Below are positions 1 through 9,710 of a DNA stretch of 40,757 nucleotides, in pieces. The DNA lies in assembly GCF_001194135.2 (NCBI RefSeq), contig NC_068981.1, forward strand, positions 110,352,395 through 110,393,151. The letters run 5' to 3'. The notes under the pieces are model-generated. The model was not told the DNA's origin, did not search any database, and was given only the letters and a program-made list of their open reading frames with translations. This DNA comes from Octopus bimaculoides (Eukaryota). The position numbers were made by a program, and so were the translations under genes. Within the stretch, counting starts at the first letter, position 1. Each line of letters starts with the position of its first letter.

Positions 1-278
1 GGATTTTCGAGTGAGATCGTTGCCAGTGCCCCTGGACTGGCTTGTGCGGGTGGCACATAAAAGACACCATTTTGAGCGTGGCCGTTTTCGTGCGGGTGAC
101 ACGTAAAAGCACCCACTACACTCTCTGAGTGGTTGGCGTTAGGAAGGGCATCCAGCTGTAGAAACTCTGCCAAATTAGATTGGAGCCTGGTGTTGCCATC
201 CGGTTTCACCAGTCCTCAGTCAAATCGTCCAACCCATGCTAGCATGGAAAGCGGACGTTAAACGATGATGATGATGAT
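1..278 (+). mobile_element. RTE LINE 3' UTR / RTE-tailed SINE 3' end
   Basis: Ends CCATGCTAGCATGGAAAGCGGACGTTAAAC followed by (GAT)n. It is the reverse complement of the copies at 2963, 39003 and 40281. The 39003 copy is contiguous with RTE RT coding sequence. Confidence 0.8.
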
Positions 279-1270
279 AGCATCACTGGTGCTTCTCCCT
301 GGCACAGAACCAAACTGCATCTCATCTAGACTAACTCTCTCCCTAATTAGTTGGGCTTTGACCCTGTCAATTACTTTTGTCACCTGATCCAGTAATTTGA
401 TACTTCTGCTATTATTTCTATCTAAGGCATCCCCTTTACCTTTGTAGCAGTTGACTATGGTTCTGCTACACAGGTCTTTGAGTAGGACACCTTTGTGTAC
501 CATCTGATTTACAACACAGGTGACTAGACCATAACCCACACCACCAGATATTTTAAGCATCCCAATGGTGATTCCTGATGGACTGAAGGCTTTCCTTGCC
601 TTCATATCCTTAATTGCTTTATCTACAAAGGTACGAAGATATATCTACGAAAATTTGTATAGCTGGTCCCTCAGTTGGGTTAGCATTTAGCAGACTCTCC
701 TCCTCCCATTCATTCTCCATGTTCAGCAGTCTTTCATAATGGCATTTCCAAGTCTCTTTGCAGAATCATTAAATGCAAGTGCATCATCATCCATCGGACA
801 CATTTCTCTCCTATGACATCACAATTTTCTCTCACACACTGCCTTGCAATATGAAATACTTCAAGTCTTTGGTCCTCACATTATTGAACATAGGCAAACT
901 TCTTTAAAGCTTCTCCCTTGGCTAGATATACCTGTCTCCTTGTATCCCTTCTGGCTGTCTGATACAGTTTTCTGCTACCCCCAGTCTTCCAGGCCTGTTT
1001 CTTTGCACTAATGGCCTTGTCTACAGCATTGTCCCACCATCATGTCACCCTAGGTCTCTGAATGGGACTTTGCATCAGCCACAGTGTTGGTCTGTGGTAC
1101 TCAGAAAACTTTCCTGCAGGAATTTCCGGTTTCCGTCTATGTTACAAGACTGTAGTTTCTCTTCCTTCTCATCAAATTTCTCAGTTAGGATTCCCTAAAT
1201 CTCTGACCATATTAAGTGTCCTTAAGCTTCCAAATCCTTTTCCAGATTGATCTGGTTCTTGGCATCCTTC
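279..1270 (-). pseudogene. RTE-clade LINE reverse transcriptase fragment (degenerate)
   Basis: ORF 258..605 reads ISGGVGYGLV...CYKGKGDALDRNN.R.IKLLDQV.KVIDRV...DEMQFG.VPGRSTSDAI (RT domain 0-2). It is homologous to 15440-16400 and 30160-31430. The left boundary abuts the (GAT)n tail; the right boundary is approximate. Confidence 0.85.
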
Positions 1271-1640
1271 TGGCCTGGAGTCTAAAGCTTATAATGTGTG
1301 TGTGTGTGAATCCATAAACATATATAACTCCTTGATTTGAAACCAGATTGGTAAGTGCCAATGCATGAAACTATTGGCCTTGAGTCACTCTAACATCTGC
1401 TAACATACTCATGTTTTGAGTTCTATTGTCCTGTTTGCATCATCATACCTATATAATATGTATATTATTAATATTTAGCAGAAGTAACAGAGTGACTCAA
1501 GGTCCAGGTGTCAATGAACAAAACTCTTGGACTTTGACTCACTCTGTTACTTCTGCTAAATATAAATAAAAATATACATGTACTCATATTTTGGGTCCTA
1601 TTTTTCCTTTACTTGATAAATTCTTATAAAGATTTTATCC

Positions 1641-1680
1641 TATATTATATTATAATATATATATATATATNNNNNNNNNN

Positions 1681-1722
<42 letters not shown>

Positions 1723-1727
1723 GGGGG
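1641..1727. repeat. (TA)n / (GA)n microsatellite with 10-N gap
   Basis: Directly visible. Confidence 0.95.
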
Positions 1728-2933
1728 GTCTTGCAGATAAATTGAGACCAGTTTTAAACAGTACACTTGCTTCCTTGAAAATTTAATCCTCTTTATTTTT
1801 CAGGTAAATAGTGAACTGATTCAACAACAGAAAGTCATGGAACAACAATTGTTCTACCATTGTTTTGGCATGTGCCAGGCACACTGCCTAGGTTGATGAA
1901 ACTTCCAAAAGCAGCAGTTTAAACAATTTAAAGAAGAGGGAAAGATTGATAAAAAAAGACACAAGACTCAAAATGATTCCAAGCGCAATCCAAAGTTTCT
2001 TGCTGGCCTCAAACACTCAACTGAAGCCAACCTATCCACATCCATGACAACTCTTGCAAAGAAATGCAATATGTCTCTTTCTGCAGTGTCCAGAGCTGTG
2101 AACAGGAACCTTTGCATGACTAGCTATGTTAGACAATGCCGTCACATCCTAACAGCCAAGGCCAAAGCAATCAGAGCCAAGAGATGCCCAAAGCTTCTGT
2201 CATTCATCAAGCATCAAGGTGCAGGAAAAACTCTCATGTTTGTGGATGAGAAGAAGTTCATTGTTGATGCTGAGGTAAATTGCAGAAACACTCAAGTGAT
2301 TGCATACAACCATTCTGACGTCCCACCCCTTGTGTTTGAGACTAAGAATCCTGCCTCTGTGATGGTATTTGGAGCTGTGGCAGGTGATGGAAGTATCATG
2401 AATCCACACGTCATTGAGTTTGGCTTGAAGATTGGCACAAAGGAGTATCTGGACATCCCGAAGAACTCTCTGTTACCTTGGATGGAGCAGAAGTTTGGGC
2501 TTGACAATGTGGTACTTATCCAGGATTCTGCATCATGCCATGAGTCAAAAGCAACACAGGCCTTCCTTGGTGAGAAGGTGTCATTTTTTGCAAGGGCCGA
2601 CATCTAGCCCAGTAATATTCCAGATCTCAACCTTCTTGATAACTTTTTATGGGGCATACTTCAAGCAAGGACCAATGCTTCACCACACTCAACAGTTTGA
2701 AGACCTGCACAGTGCATGCGACATGCAAAATCAAAAAGATGGAGGTTGCAGCAGCTGCCAAAAAATTCTCGTGTAGAGGCAGTAATTGCCCAAAAGGGTG
2801 GCCATATTGAGTGATAAACGTTTTTGTTGTAATAAGTGTTACATTAAAATTATATCTGTCTACTACCATTATTTTAGTATTTATAACCAGTTTAGCATTG
2901 TAAAAATTGTTTCAATTTATCTGCAAGACACTG
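1728..2933 (+). mobile_element. maT (DD37D) IS630-Tc1-mariner transposon
   Basis: TIRs are GTCTTGCAGATAAATTGAGAC (1728-1748) and GTTTCAATTTATCTGCAAGACACTG (2909-2933), followed by TA. The left terminus is eroded into the microsatellite. Confidence 0.9.
1837..2814 (+). pseudogene. maT transposase pseudogene
   Basis: FVDEKKF ... QDSASCH ... *PSNIPDLNLLD gives 37 residues between D2 and D3. A W codon has become TAG at 2605-2607. There are frameshifts, and the C-terminus reads EAVIAQKGGHIE*. Confidence 0.9.
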
Positions 2934-2962
2934 TATGTATATAAAATTTATATATATATATA

Positions 2963-3137
2963 TCATCATCATCATCATCATCGTTTAACGTCCGCCCTCC
3001 ATGCTAGCATGGGTTGGACGATTTGATTGAGGACTGGTGTACCAGATGGCTACACCAGGCTCCAATCTGATTTGGCAGAGTTTCTACAGCTGGATGCCTT
3101 TCCTAACACCAACCACTCCAAGAGTGTAGTGGATGCT
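2963..3137 (-). mobile_element. RTE 3' tail / SINE fragment
   Basis: (CAT)n CGTTTAACGTCCGC...CTACAGCTGGATGCC. Same family as 1-278 and 40281-40757. Confidence 0.85.
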
Positions 3138-3139
3138 AG

Positions 3140-3467
3140 TCTAGTTTTATATTTTTCAATGTTTCTTTTTTCTCTCAATTTTTTTAATGTGTTTCTTGCT
3201 GTTTGAAATAACAAAATTCCTATTTCTCTCATCAAAGTTTCTAGAACTTCACTGATGAGATATTACCAGCATGTTTTGTTGTCACTTCACAATAGGCAAA
3301 GCCAATGTGATTGATTCAGACATAAACACTAGGATTTTAGGAGATGAGGAATTATTTACATTTTTTTTACATTTCACAGATATTTGTCCTCATCATGTTT
3401 GCTGCCAACACAACGCTTCAGCTGATACACCCTCCAGCCCCCGTCAGGTGTCCTGGAGAAACTTTGG

Positions 3468-3468
<1 letters not shown>
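3140..3468 (-). mobile_element. Penelope-like element pLTR fragment
   Basis: Contains a hammerhead-like fold (3407-3452). It resembles a cephalopod Penelope terminal repeat recalled from memory and not verified. Confidence 0.5.
3407..3452 (-). ncRNA. Degenerate minimal type I hammerhead ribozyme
   Basis: Minus strand reads GACAC-CTGACGG-GGGCTG-GAGGGTGTAT-CAGCT-GAAG-CG-TT-GTGTT. Stem I is ACAC/GTGT and stem II is GGCTG/CAGCT. The core CUGANGA/GAAA carries two A>G changes. Confidence 0.6.
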
Positions 3469-3470
<2 letters not shown>

Positions 3471-3508
<38 letters not shown>

Positions 3509-3529
3509 ATTTATTTATATATATATATA
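3471..3529. repeat. (TA)n microsatellite
   Basis: Directly visible. Confidence 0.95.
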
Positions 3530-4329
3530 TCGGGACTATTTCTGCATGATTATATTTTATTCAATGCCACTTTGTGTTTTTTGATATTTGTTTGAATATA
3601 TATATATGTGTGTGAGACATACTCACACACGTGTGTTTCGATGTATAAATCACAGTTTTTTGGGTTTTTTTCTGTACACACTTTCAAATAATTCTATCTT
3701 TATCATCTCCAGTTGCTACTATAACTGCTAAACCATGTGAGTCCACATTGCATATGGGTGCAGCCATCTTGAATATTTTATAATACATTTCCATCTATGA
3801 AAACTTAACCATAAATGTTGTTCTTGGTTTGATATTTTGAGCCATGAACTGGTTGTTACAGAAGATTGTTGGGGAGTGGATAGCGATGAGTTAAACAGAT
3901 AATTGACAGAAGCCATAGTGAGTAATGATGCTAACAAAATTTAAAAGAAATGGATATGGAGAAATAAGGAAACACAAGAGCAAAGGTCAAGAGAGAACTG
4001 AAAATGTTTTATTCGGGTTGCCTATCAGGCTGTAAATGTGTTAAAGAGATTTGTGTAAACAGGTAAATTTTACCCCACATTAAATATTGTCACAATGGCT
4101 ACTACTAGTGTAATCTATAAAACATTTATTTGTCATGCATTGGTTACTCTTCTTTAAGAGTAGCTTATAACAGGAGACATTTGCAACACTTCCTGGCCCT
4201 TGTAATCACATCTTTCATGTAACATTTCATTATAAAATTTTGTAATAAACGTTCCATGTAAGAGATGGAATACAGCATAAACAAAGTAAATATGGCATTA
4301 TGTGTGTACCTGTGTGTGTATATACACCT

Positions 4330-5000
4330 GATCATCATCATTGTTTAACGTTCATCTTCCATGCGTGCATGAATAGGATGGTTGACAGGAGCCGGCCAGA
4401 TAGAAAATCTGCCCTAGGCTATTGCGTCAGTTTTGGCAGGGATTTTACAGTTGGATGCCCTTCCTAACACCAACCATGTTACAGTGTGGACTGGATGCTT
4501 TTAATGTGGCACCAGCACTGGCAGGGTAACCAAGTAACTCACAAGACAAGGAATTATGAGAGGGCAGGGCATTTGATGAAAGGTTAGAGTGTGACAGAGA
4601 AACAGAAGCAGGTGTCTTGCCACAACAGAGTGGGCATTAGAGGAGGCGATCCAGTATCAAATGATAAAAGGTTAGAATGTAACAGGGAAATAGAGAGGCA
4701 GAAATGGGTGTCTTGATATAGAGGAGGTACAGGGTTACCCAGAGAGAAATAGAGTGAGAGGCCAGAAACAAGTGTGCTGATGTAAAGGAGATACTTGGAT
4801 ACCTAGTCAGAGGGAAAACAAGAGAAGGAGAGAGAGAGAGTGACCAAAGGGAAATAGAGAGAGAGAGAGAGTGGGGGAAACATCAAAAGTCTAAGAGTGA
4901 GCAAAAGAGAGATGGTGTAGTGCTAGGGTATACTCACAAGTAACAAAGGATATGAACAAGGAACCTGGTTAGAAAAATAGGGTGGGCGTGTGAGGAGCAG
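4330..5000 (-). mobile_element. RTE-tailed repeat with purine/pyrimidine-skewed body
   Basis: (CAT)n TGTTTAACG...GGATGCCCTTCCTAAC tail variant, followed by a GA-rich body. The body is homologous to the reverse complement of 31500-31990. Confidence 0.65.
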
Positions 5001-5124
5001 TGATACAGTGAGCAGAGCAGTGAGGGCAAGAAAGGAGATTGGAAAACAATCATAATTTATGAAGAGGAAATGTGAGGAAGAGACATGCAGTTAGAAGAGG
5101 AGTAGAGAGGGAGGGACACAACTC

Positions 5125-5345
5125 TTCTAGCACTCAGTTTTATCCTTTACTTGTTTCAGTCATTGGACTGTGGTCATGCTGGGGCACTACCTTGCAGGAT
5201 TTAGTTGAACAAATTGAATCCAGTACATCTCTTTTTAAAAAAAATCTGGTACTTATTCTTTTCATCTCTTTTGCCAAAATGTTATGTTATGGGAGAAAGA
5301 AATAAACCAACACCGGTTGTCAAGCAGTGGTGGGCAACAAACGCA
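5125..5345 (-). mobile_element. SINE (cephalopod-type, central domain and 3' part)
   Basis: TTTACTTGTTTCAGTCATTGGACTGTGGTCATGCTGGGGCAC...CTGGTACTTATTC...GGTTGTCAAGCAGTGGTGGG. The family assignment is recalled, not searched. Confidence 0.6.
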
Positions 5346-5469
5346 TACATACATACATATGTATATACAGACCTAAATACATATATATAGAAAGAGTTTT
5401 AGTGGTAAACCTAACTGAGCACTTATAAGTACATCCCTATTACTTTACATCATCAGATGTAAACTCTTT

Positions 5470-5516
<47 letters not shown>

Positions 5517-5700
5517 NNNNNNNNNNNNNNNNNNNNNNNNNNNNNNNNNNNNNNNNNNNNNNNNNNNNNNNNNNNNNNNNNNNNNNNNNNNNNNNNNNNN
5601 NNNNNNNNNNNNNNNNNNNNNNNNNNNNNNNNNNNNNNNNNNNNNNNNNNNNNNNNNNNNNNNNNNNNNNNNNNNNNNNNNNNNNNNNNNNNNNNNNNNN
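5470..5700. repeat. (TA)n microsatellite plus assembly gap
   Basis: Directly visible. The same TA-flanked gap pattern occurs at ~7590, 19320, 21730, 22950 and 28160. Confidence 0.95.
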
Positions 5701-5849
5701 AGCACATAAATGTGGAACGAGGTGGAAAAAAGAGTACTCAAATACCAGAGGTAGAGTAATATGCTTTATTTAAAAGCAGCAGAAATATAACAAAAGTTAT
5801 GTTTTTGCTACTTTTAAATAAAGTATATATATATATATATATATATATA

Positions 5850-5945
5850 TGACTGGTTTCTTTCACTTTCTATCGACTGAATCCACTCAGAAATCTTTAG
5901 TCAGCCTGGGCCTGTAGTAAAAGACCAAGGTGCATAGATTGGAGG
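5850..5945 (-). mobile_element. SINE 5' part (degenerate)
   Basis: TTTCTTTCACTTTCTATCGACTGAATCCACTCAGAAATCTTTAGTCAGCCTGGGCCTGTAGTAAAAGAC is similar to a recalled octopus SINE head. The related plus-strand remnant is at 34750-34830. Confidence 0.4.
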
Positions 5946-7681
5946 GGTCATTGTCGTCTGAGTCAGTTCCTTTTCTGAGTTAATGCTCCATGAGACTGTT
6001 TGGAAGACTATGTCTTGCTTGTTCATTTCATTTTTGGCTTGATTTTTGCAGTTGGATGCTCCCCCTGAGACCAGCCACTTCACAGTATGGCATCTGTAGT
6101 AATGAGGTTGTCATGTTCTCAAACAAGTCATTTTGACACTTTAGTTTCTCTGTTCATTCCACAATCACTTTATAAAGTGAACTAGGTACATTTTATCATG
6201 GCACCAGCAATAGTAAGATTGCTTTGTACTTGCTAGATAAAATGGTTCTTGCTGCTCAATGGTGTTGTGATTTATTCCAGGCACCATGACTAATAGAGCT
6301 GATAGAAATTAAAGTGATTACAGAAGATTAAGTAGGGTGAAATGAGGAAAGGGGAGACAATGTGGGAAAGGAGGGAGAAAAGGGATGCGACTTTAATGGC
6401 AGAGGGTAATGAGAAAGAGGTAGTATTAAAAACTACATGTTTGCTGGCAAGAGAGTTACTTGGTAGATGATCATGGAAATGGTGGGAGGTAAGAGATTAT
6501 CATGTTTATCAGTAATGAGTGACTAGATAGAAAAGGAGGTGGGTAGTGTTGGCAAGATGTAGAGGATGATGTTTGCTAAGAAAAGAGGGCACAAGTGGTA
6601 AATATAATATTAGTAAGAGAGATAATAAAGGCTGGACATGAATAATAACTTGTTGTAAGAAAGAGAAAATAGCAGGGCATAGTAGACCCAATACATGTCA
6701 TTTACTTTGTTGTCATCCAAGACAAAAGCATGTCTAGGCTTCTTGAAATATTTTGACATATTGCAAATGTTATAAAGATGATATGCAAATTTATGTGTGT
6801 AAATGCATTTATACTGATGCATGATCCATTGTTTTATGGAATGTAAGGTGTATAACTAAATGTAAACACATTTTTTATTACATGTATAAATATAAACAAA
6901 CTGACATTTGTTTTTATAAGCACTGGAATGTGTATTGGACGATACAAATTAGATGATATTTTTTCAAACACAGAATTGCCATTAGAACATCAGAACGGCA
7001 AAATACGGTGTAAATTTCCCTTACAAAGCGGAAAAATTTGTCAACAATCAGCCATTTTATTGGATATTCTTACGCAACTTGGTGTATTGAAACAGTTTAT
7101 TATCAGGTATGGTTGGCAAATGCTAGCCTATTTGTCCATGAGTTCACACTGTACAGAGTTTTGATAGAGAAACTTTCTTGAGATGACCAAGAAAATATAA
7201 ACTAGGGTTTATCTCTTAGTAGGCTAACTTGTAGGTAGTAGTTATGGTGAATTGGAAGTTTCAGACAAAAAAAGAAAGAGCAATCTAACTAGAACTAAAG
7301 AATGGTACTTGTAAAAGACGAAGAGGACATTATGACTGAAGTAAAAGATGGTTGTTGAGAATTACTCCCTAGTTTTTACATAAAAAAATTCATTCTGTGT
7401 ATTAGTAATTAACTAAAGACTTGTTTTGTTTATGCTTTCCCCTCCGGTTTTTTGTTCTATGTGTGCCATAAATATCGCCATCCATTTAGAGAAAAATTTG
7501 TAGTTTAGAATCAGTAGTTCTTTGACTGCTATTTCTAAATTTTCAGTATGTTGGAGAAGCAACTCAATGCTAATCCCTGTATATTTATGATATATATANN
7601 NNNNNNNNNNNNNNNNNNNNNNNNNNNNNNNNNNNNNNNNNNNNNNNNNNNNNNNNNNNNNNNNNNNNNNNNNNNNNNNNN

Positions 7682-7712
<31 letters not shown>

Positions 7713-8049
7713 CATACATATAAGAGGGATGACCACTAAGTGGACATCCTTGTTGCAATCCCTCATATGTATGTAATATAATTTTTCTGAATCTTCAGAT
7801 ATTTTCAAAATGCTAAGCCACACTGGTTTAAATTGATATTAATCAAATTAATATTCAATTTTTTACCCTTATTATTTAAATTTTTATACACACACACACA
7901 CACATTCTTGTTTGTTCATGAGAACAAGGCTTATAGTTACAAAATAAAGCTCTCAGTACTTCAAGAAGTATAGTATGTTTTTCTGTCTTTAGTGACTAGT
8001 TAACAGTGAATTATGACTATTTTATGCCTATTTATTCTCTATGTTTGCT

Positions 8050-8480
8050 CTTTCCCATCATAGCATCTCACCACTTGTTGCATGTCATTCATGTTCATGA
8101 GGTTCAGCTTCCTGAGATAATTTTTTCACTACTACTTCCTCTTCCATGATTTCCTTTCACTTGAATCACTTAGCACTTCTTTATCCAGTTGTTGTCCTCT
8201 CTTCTGATCCTTTCATACTCACTGCTTTTCTGAATCCATTTGTGCTCCATCATTCATGTACACTAACTTTACACATCCTGTGCTGTATGCTCACCACATT
8301 TCTTTCCAGTATTCACACATTCTCTCTTAATACCCATGTTTTACTACCATGCAACATTACTTTCTACATTATGTACACTATGTGGGATCCCTACTTAATC
8401 CTTTTGTTGCACATCAAGCAGAACCTCTTCCCAGGTAGCAGTACAGTTCTTTTTTTTAGACTGCTATACATCCAACTTCT
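8050..8480 (-). pseudogene. RTE LINE RT C-terminal fragment
   Basis: Minus strand gives ...KVMLHGSKTWVLREN...LERN...HRMCKVSV, homologous to 31200-31340 (AILHGSETWAL...RLERN...RWMCNISA). Confidence 0.7.
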
Positions 8481-9191
8481 TTAAGTTTTTGTTTTGTACA
8501 ACAATGTTAGGTATAATTAATACCTAATAATTTGTGAAATATCATATATCTCAAAACTGACTGTCCCTATTGACAAAAATTAAACATTACTATGTAAAAC
8601 CCTAAAATTTTCTAATATGTTTTGGTTTTCACATTTTCAAGGAGTCATATAATCAGTCAGCAACATTGTTACAAGTGTATGATGATCTGATAAAGCAATT
8701 AAATAATCATGATTGCCAGAGTATTTGATTGAAGACCAATATACTACTAGCTACAAATGACAGAACCTCAGAGAAAGTTGTCAAATTTTCACCAAATTTT
8801 TGCACAATGCATTGTATTCCATGGGTGAAAAACAGTTTTATTACATTTAATAATGATAGCTAGAAACAATATGTTGACCTTGCAATGTGACTAAAATACA
8901 GTTGCAAAGAGAGTTAAATTGTCACTAAGATTGCAACAAGGATGAGAACATGCTATACAGTTAACAAGTGCCAAAGCTGGTTATCACTATGGTTACTATC
9001 AGTGCTTCTGTGACATCAGCAAAATAAGAAGGAAAGAAAGAAAAATATGAGATCTTGCTGAGTATAAAAATGTTCGCTTACAAACTTAAAAAGAATAAAA
9101 ATGAAGAATTCTATAGTTCTGTCAAATCCATACATTATGTAATGCAAGCACATTACCCAAGGACAGAGCTGTTTTTAGATCTATTTTAAAA

Positions 9192-9710
9192 CGGGAGCCA
9201 TATTTTTCATTAATGTTTTACGTAGTGTTTTTGGTACGGAAAGACTTTCAAACTTCGTATACTTATCTATTTTGTGTTATAGAACAGAAAAATATTTTTG
9301 TATTTGAATTTATTTCATGTAAAAAAATTGTCTTATTTCAATAATTTCAACCAATCACTGACAAGTATTCAGTTGTTTATATTTACTCCTTTGGCTGATT
9401 AAGCGATGTAAAGCGTATTTAATCTCCATACCTTCGTTTTATTTGCTTTAACCCTAACCCTAACCCTAGGGTTAGGGTTAGGGTTAATTGTTTCAGAATC
9501 GTTTGTTTATGTAGTCGGCACTTAATGTATATCGGCTGAATGGACGTCAGTGATTGGTTGAAATTACAGAAATACGACAACTTTCACAAGGAATAACTTA
9601 TGGATTTCTTTTTTTTTTAAGAAAACTAAGAGAAAAAGATGTTTTATATGACACATTCTACCAGTGTTCCAAGTTTCAAAGTGTTTCGTTAATGAAAAAT
9701 GTGGCCCCCG
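9192..9710. mobile_element. MITE, probably Merlin-related, flanked by TTTTAAAA
   Basis: Termini are CGGGAGCCATATTTTTCATTAA and TTAATGAAAAATGTGGCCCCCG. Internal IRs are AATTTCAACCAATCACTGAC and GTCAGTGATTGGTTGAAATT. TTTTAAAA lies at 9184-9191 and 9711-9718. Confidence 0.85.
9448..9487. repeat. Perfect 40-bp palindrome of telomeric repeats
   Basis: TTAACCCTAACCCTAACCCTAGGGTTAGGGTTAGGGTTAA equals its own reverse complement. Confidence 0.97.

Noticed and set aside
5701-5800. Possible second Penelope-family terminal fragment
   Set aside because: Based only on recalled similarity; it is too short and has no diagnostic motif here.
9448-9487. Ancient telomere-telomere fusion site
   Set aside because: A fusion gives (TTAGGG)n(CCCTAA)n. 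The order here is reversed and the tract lies inside a MITE.
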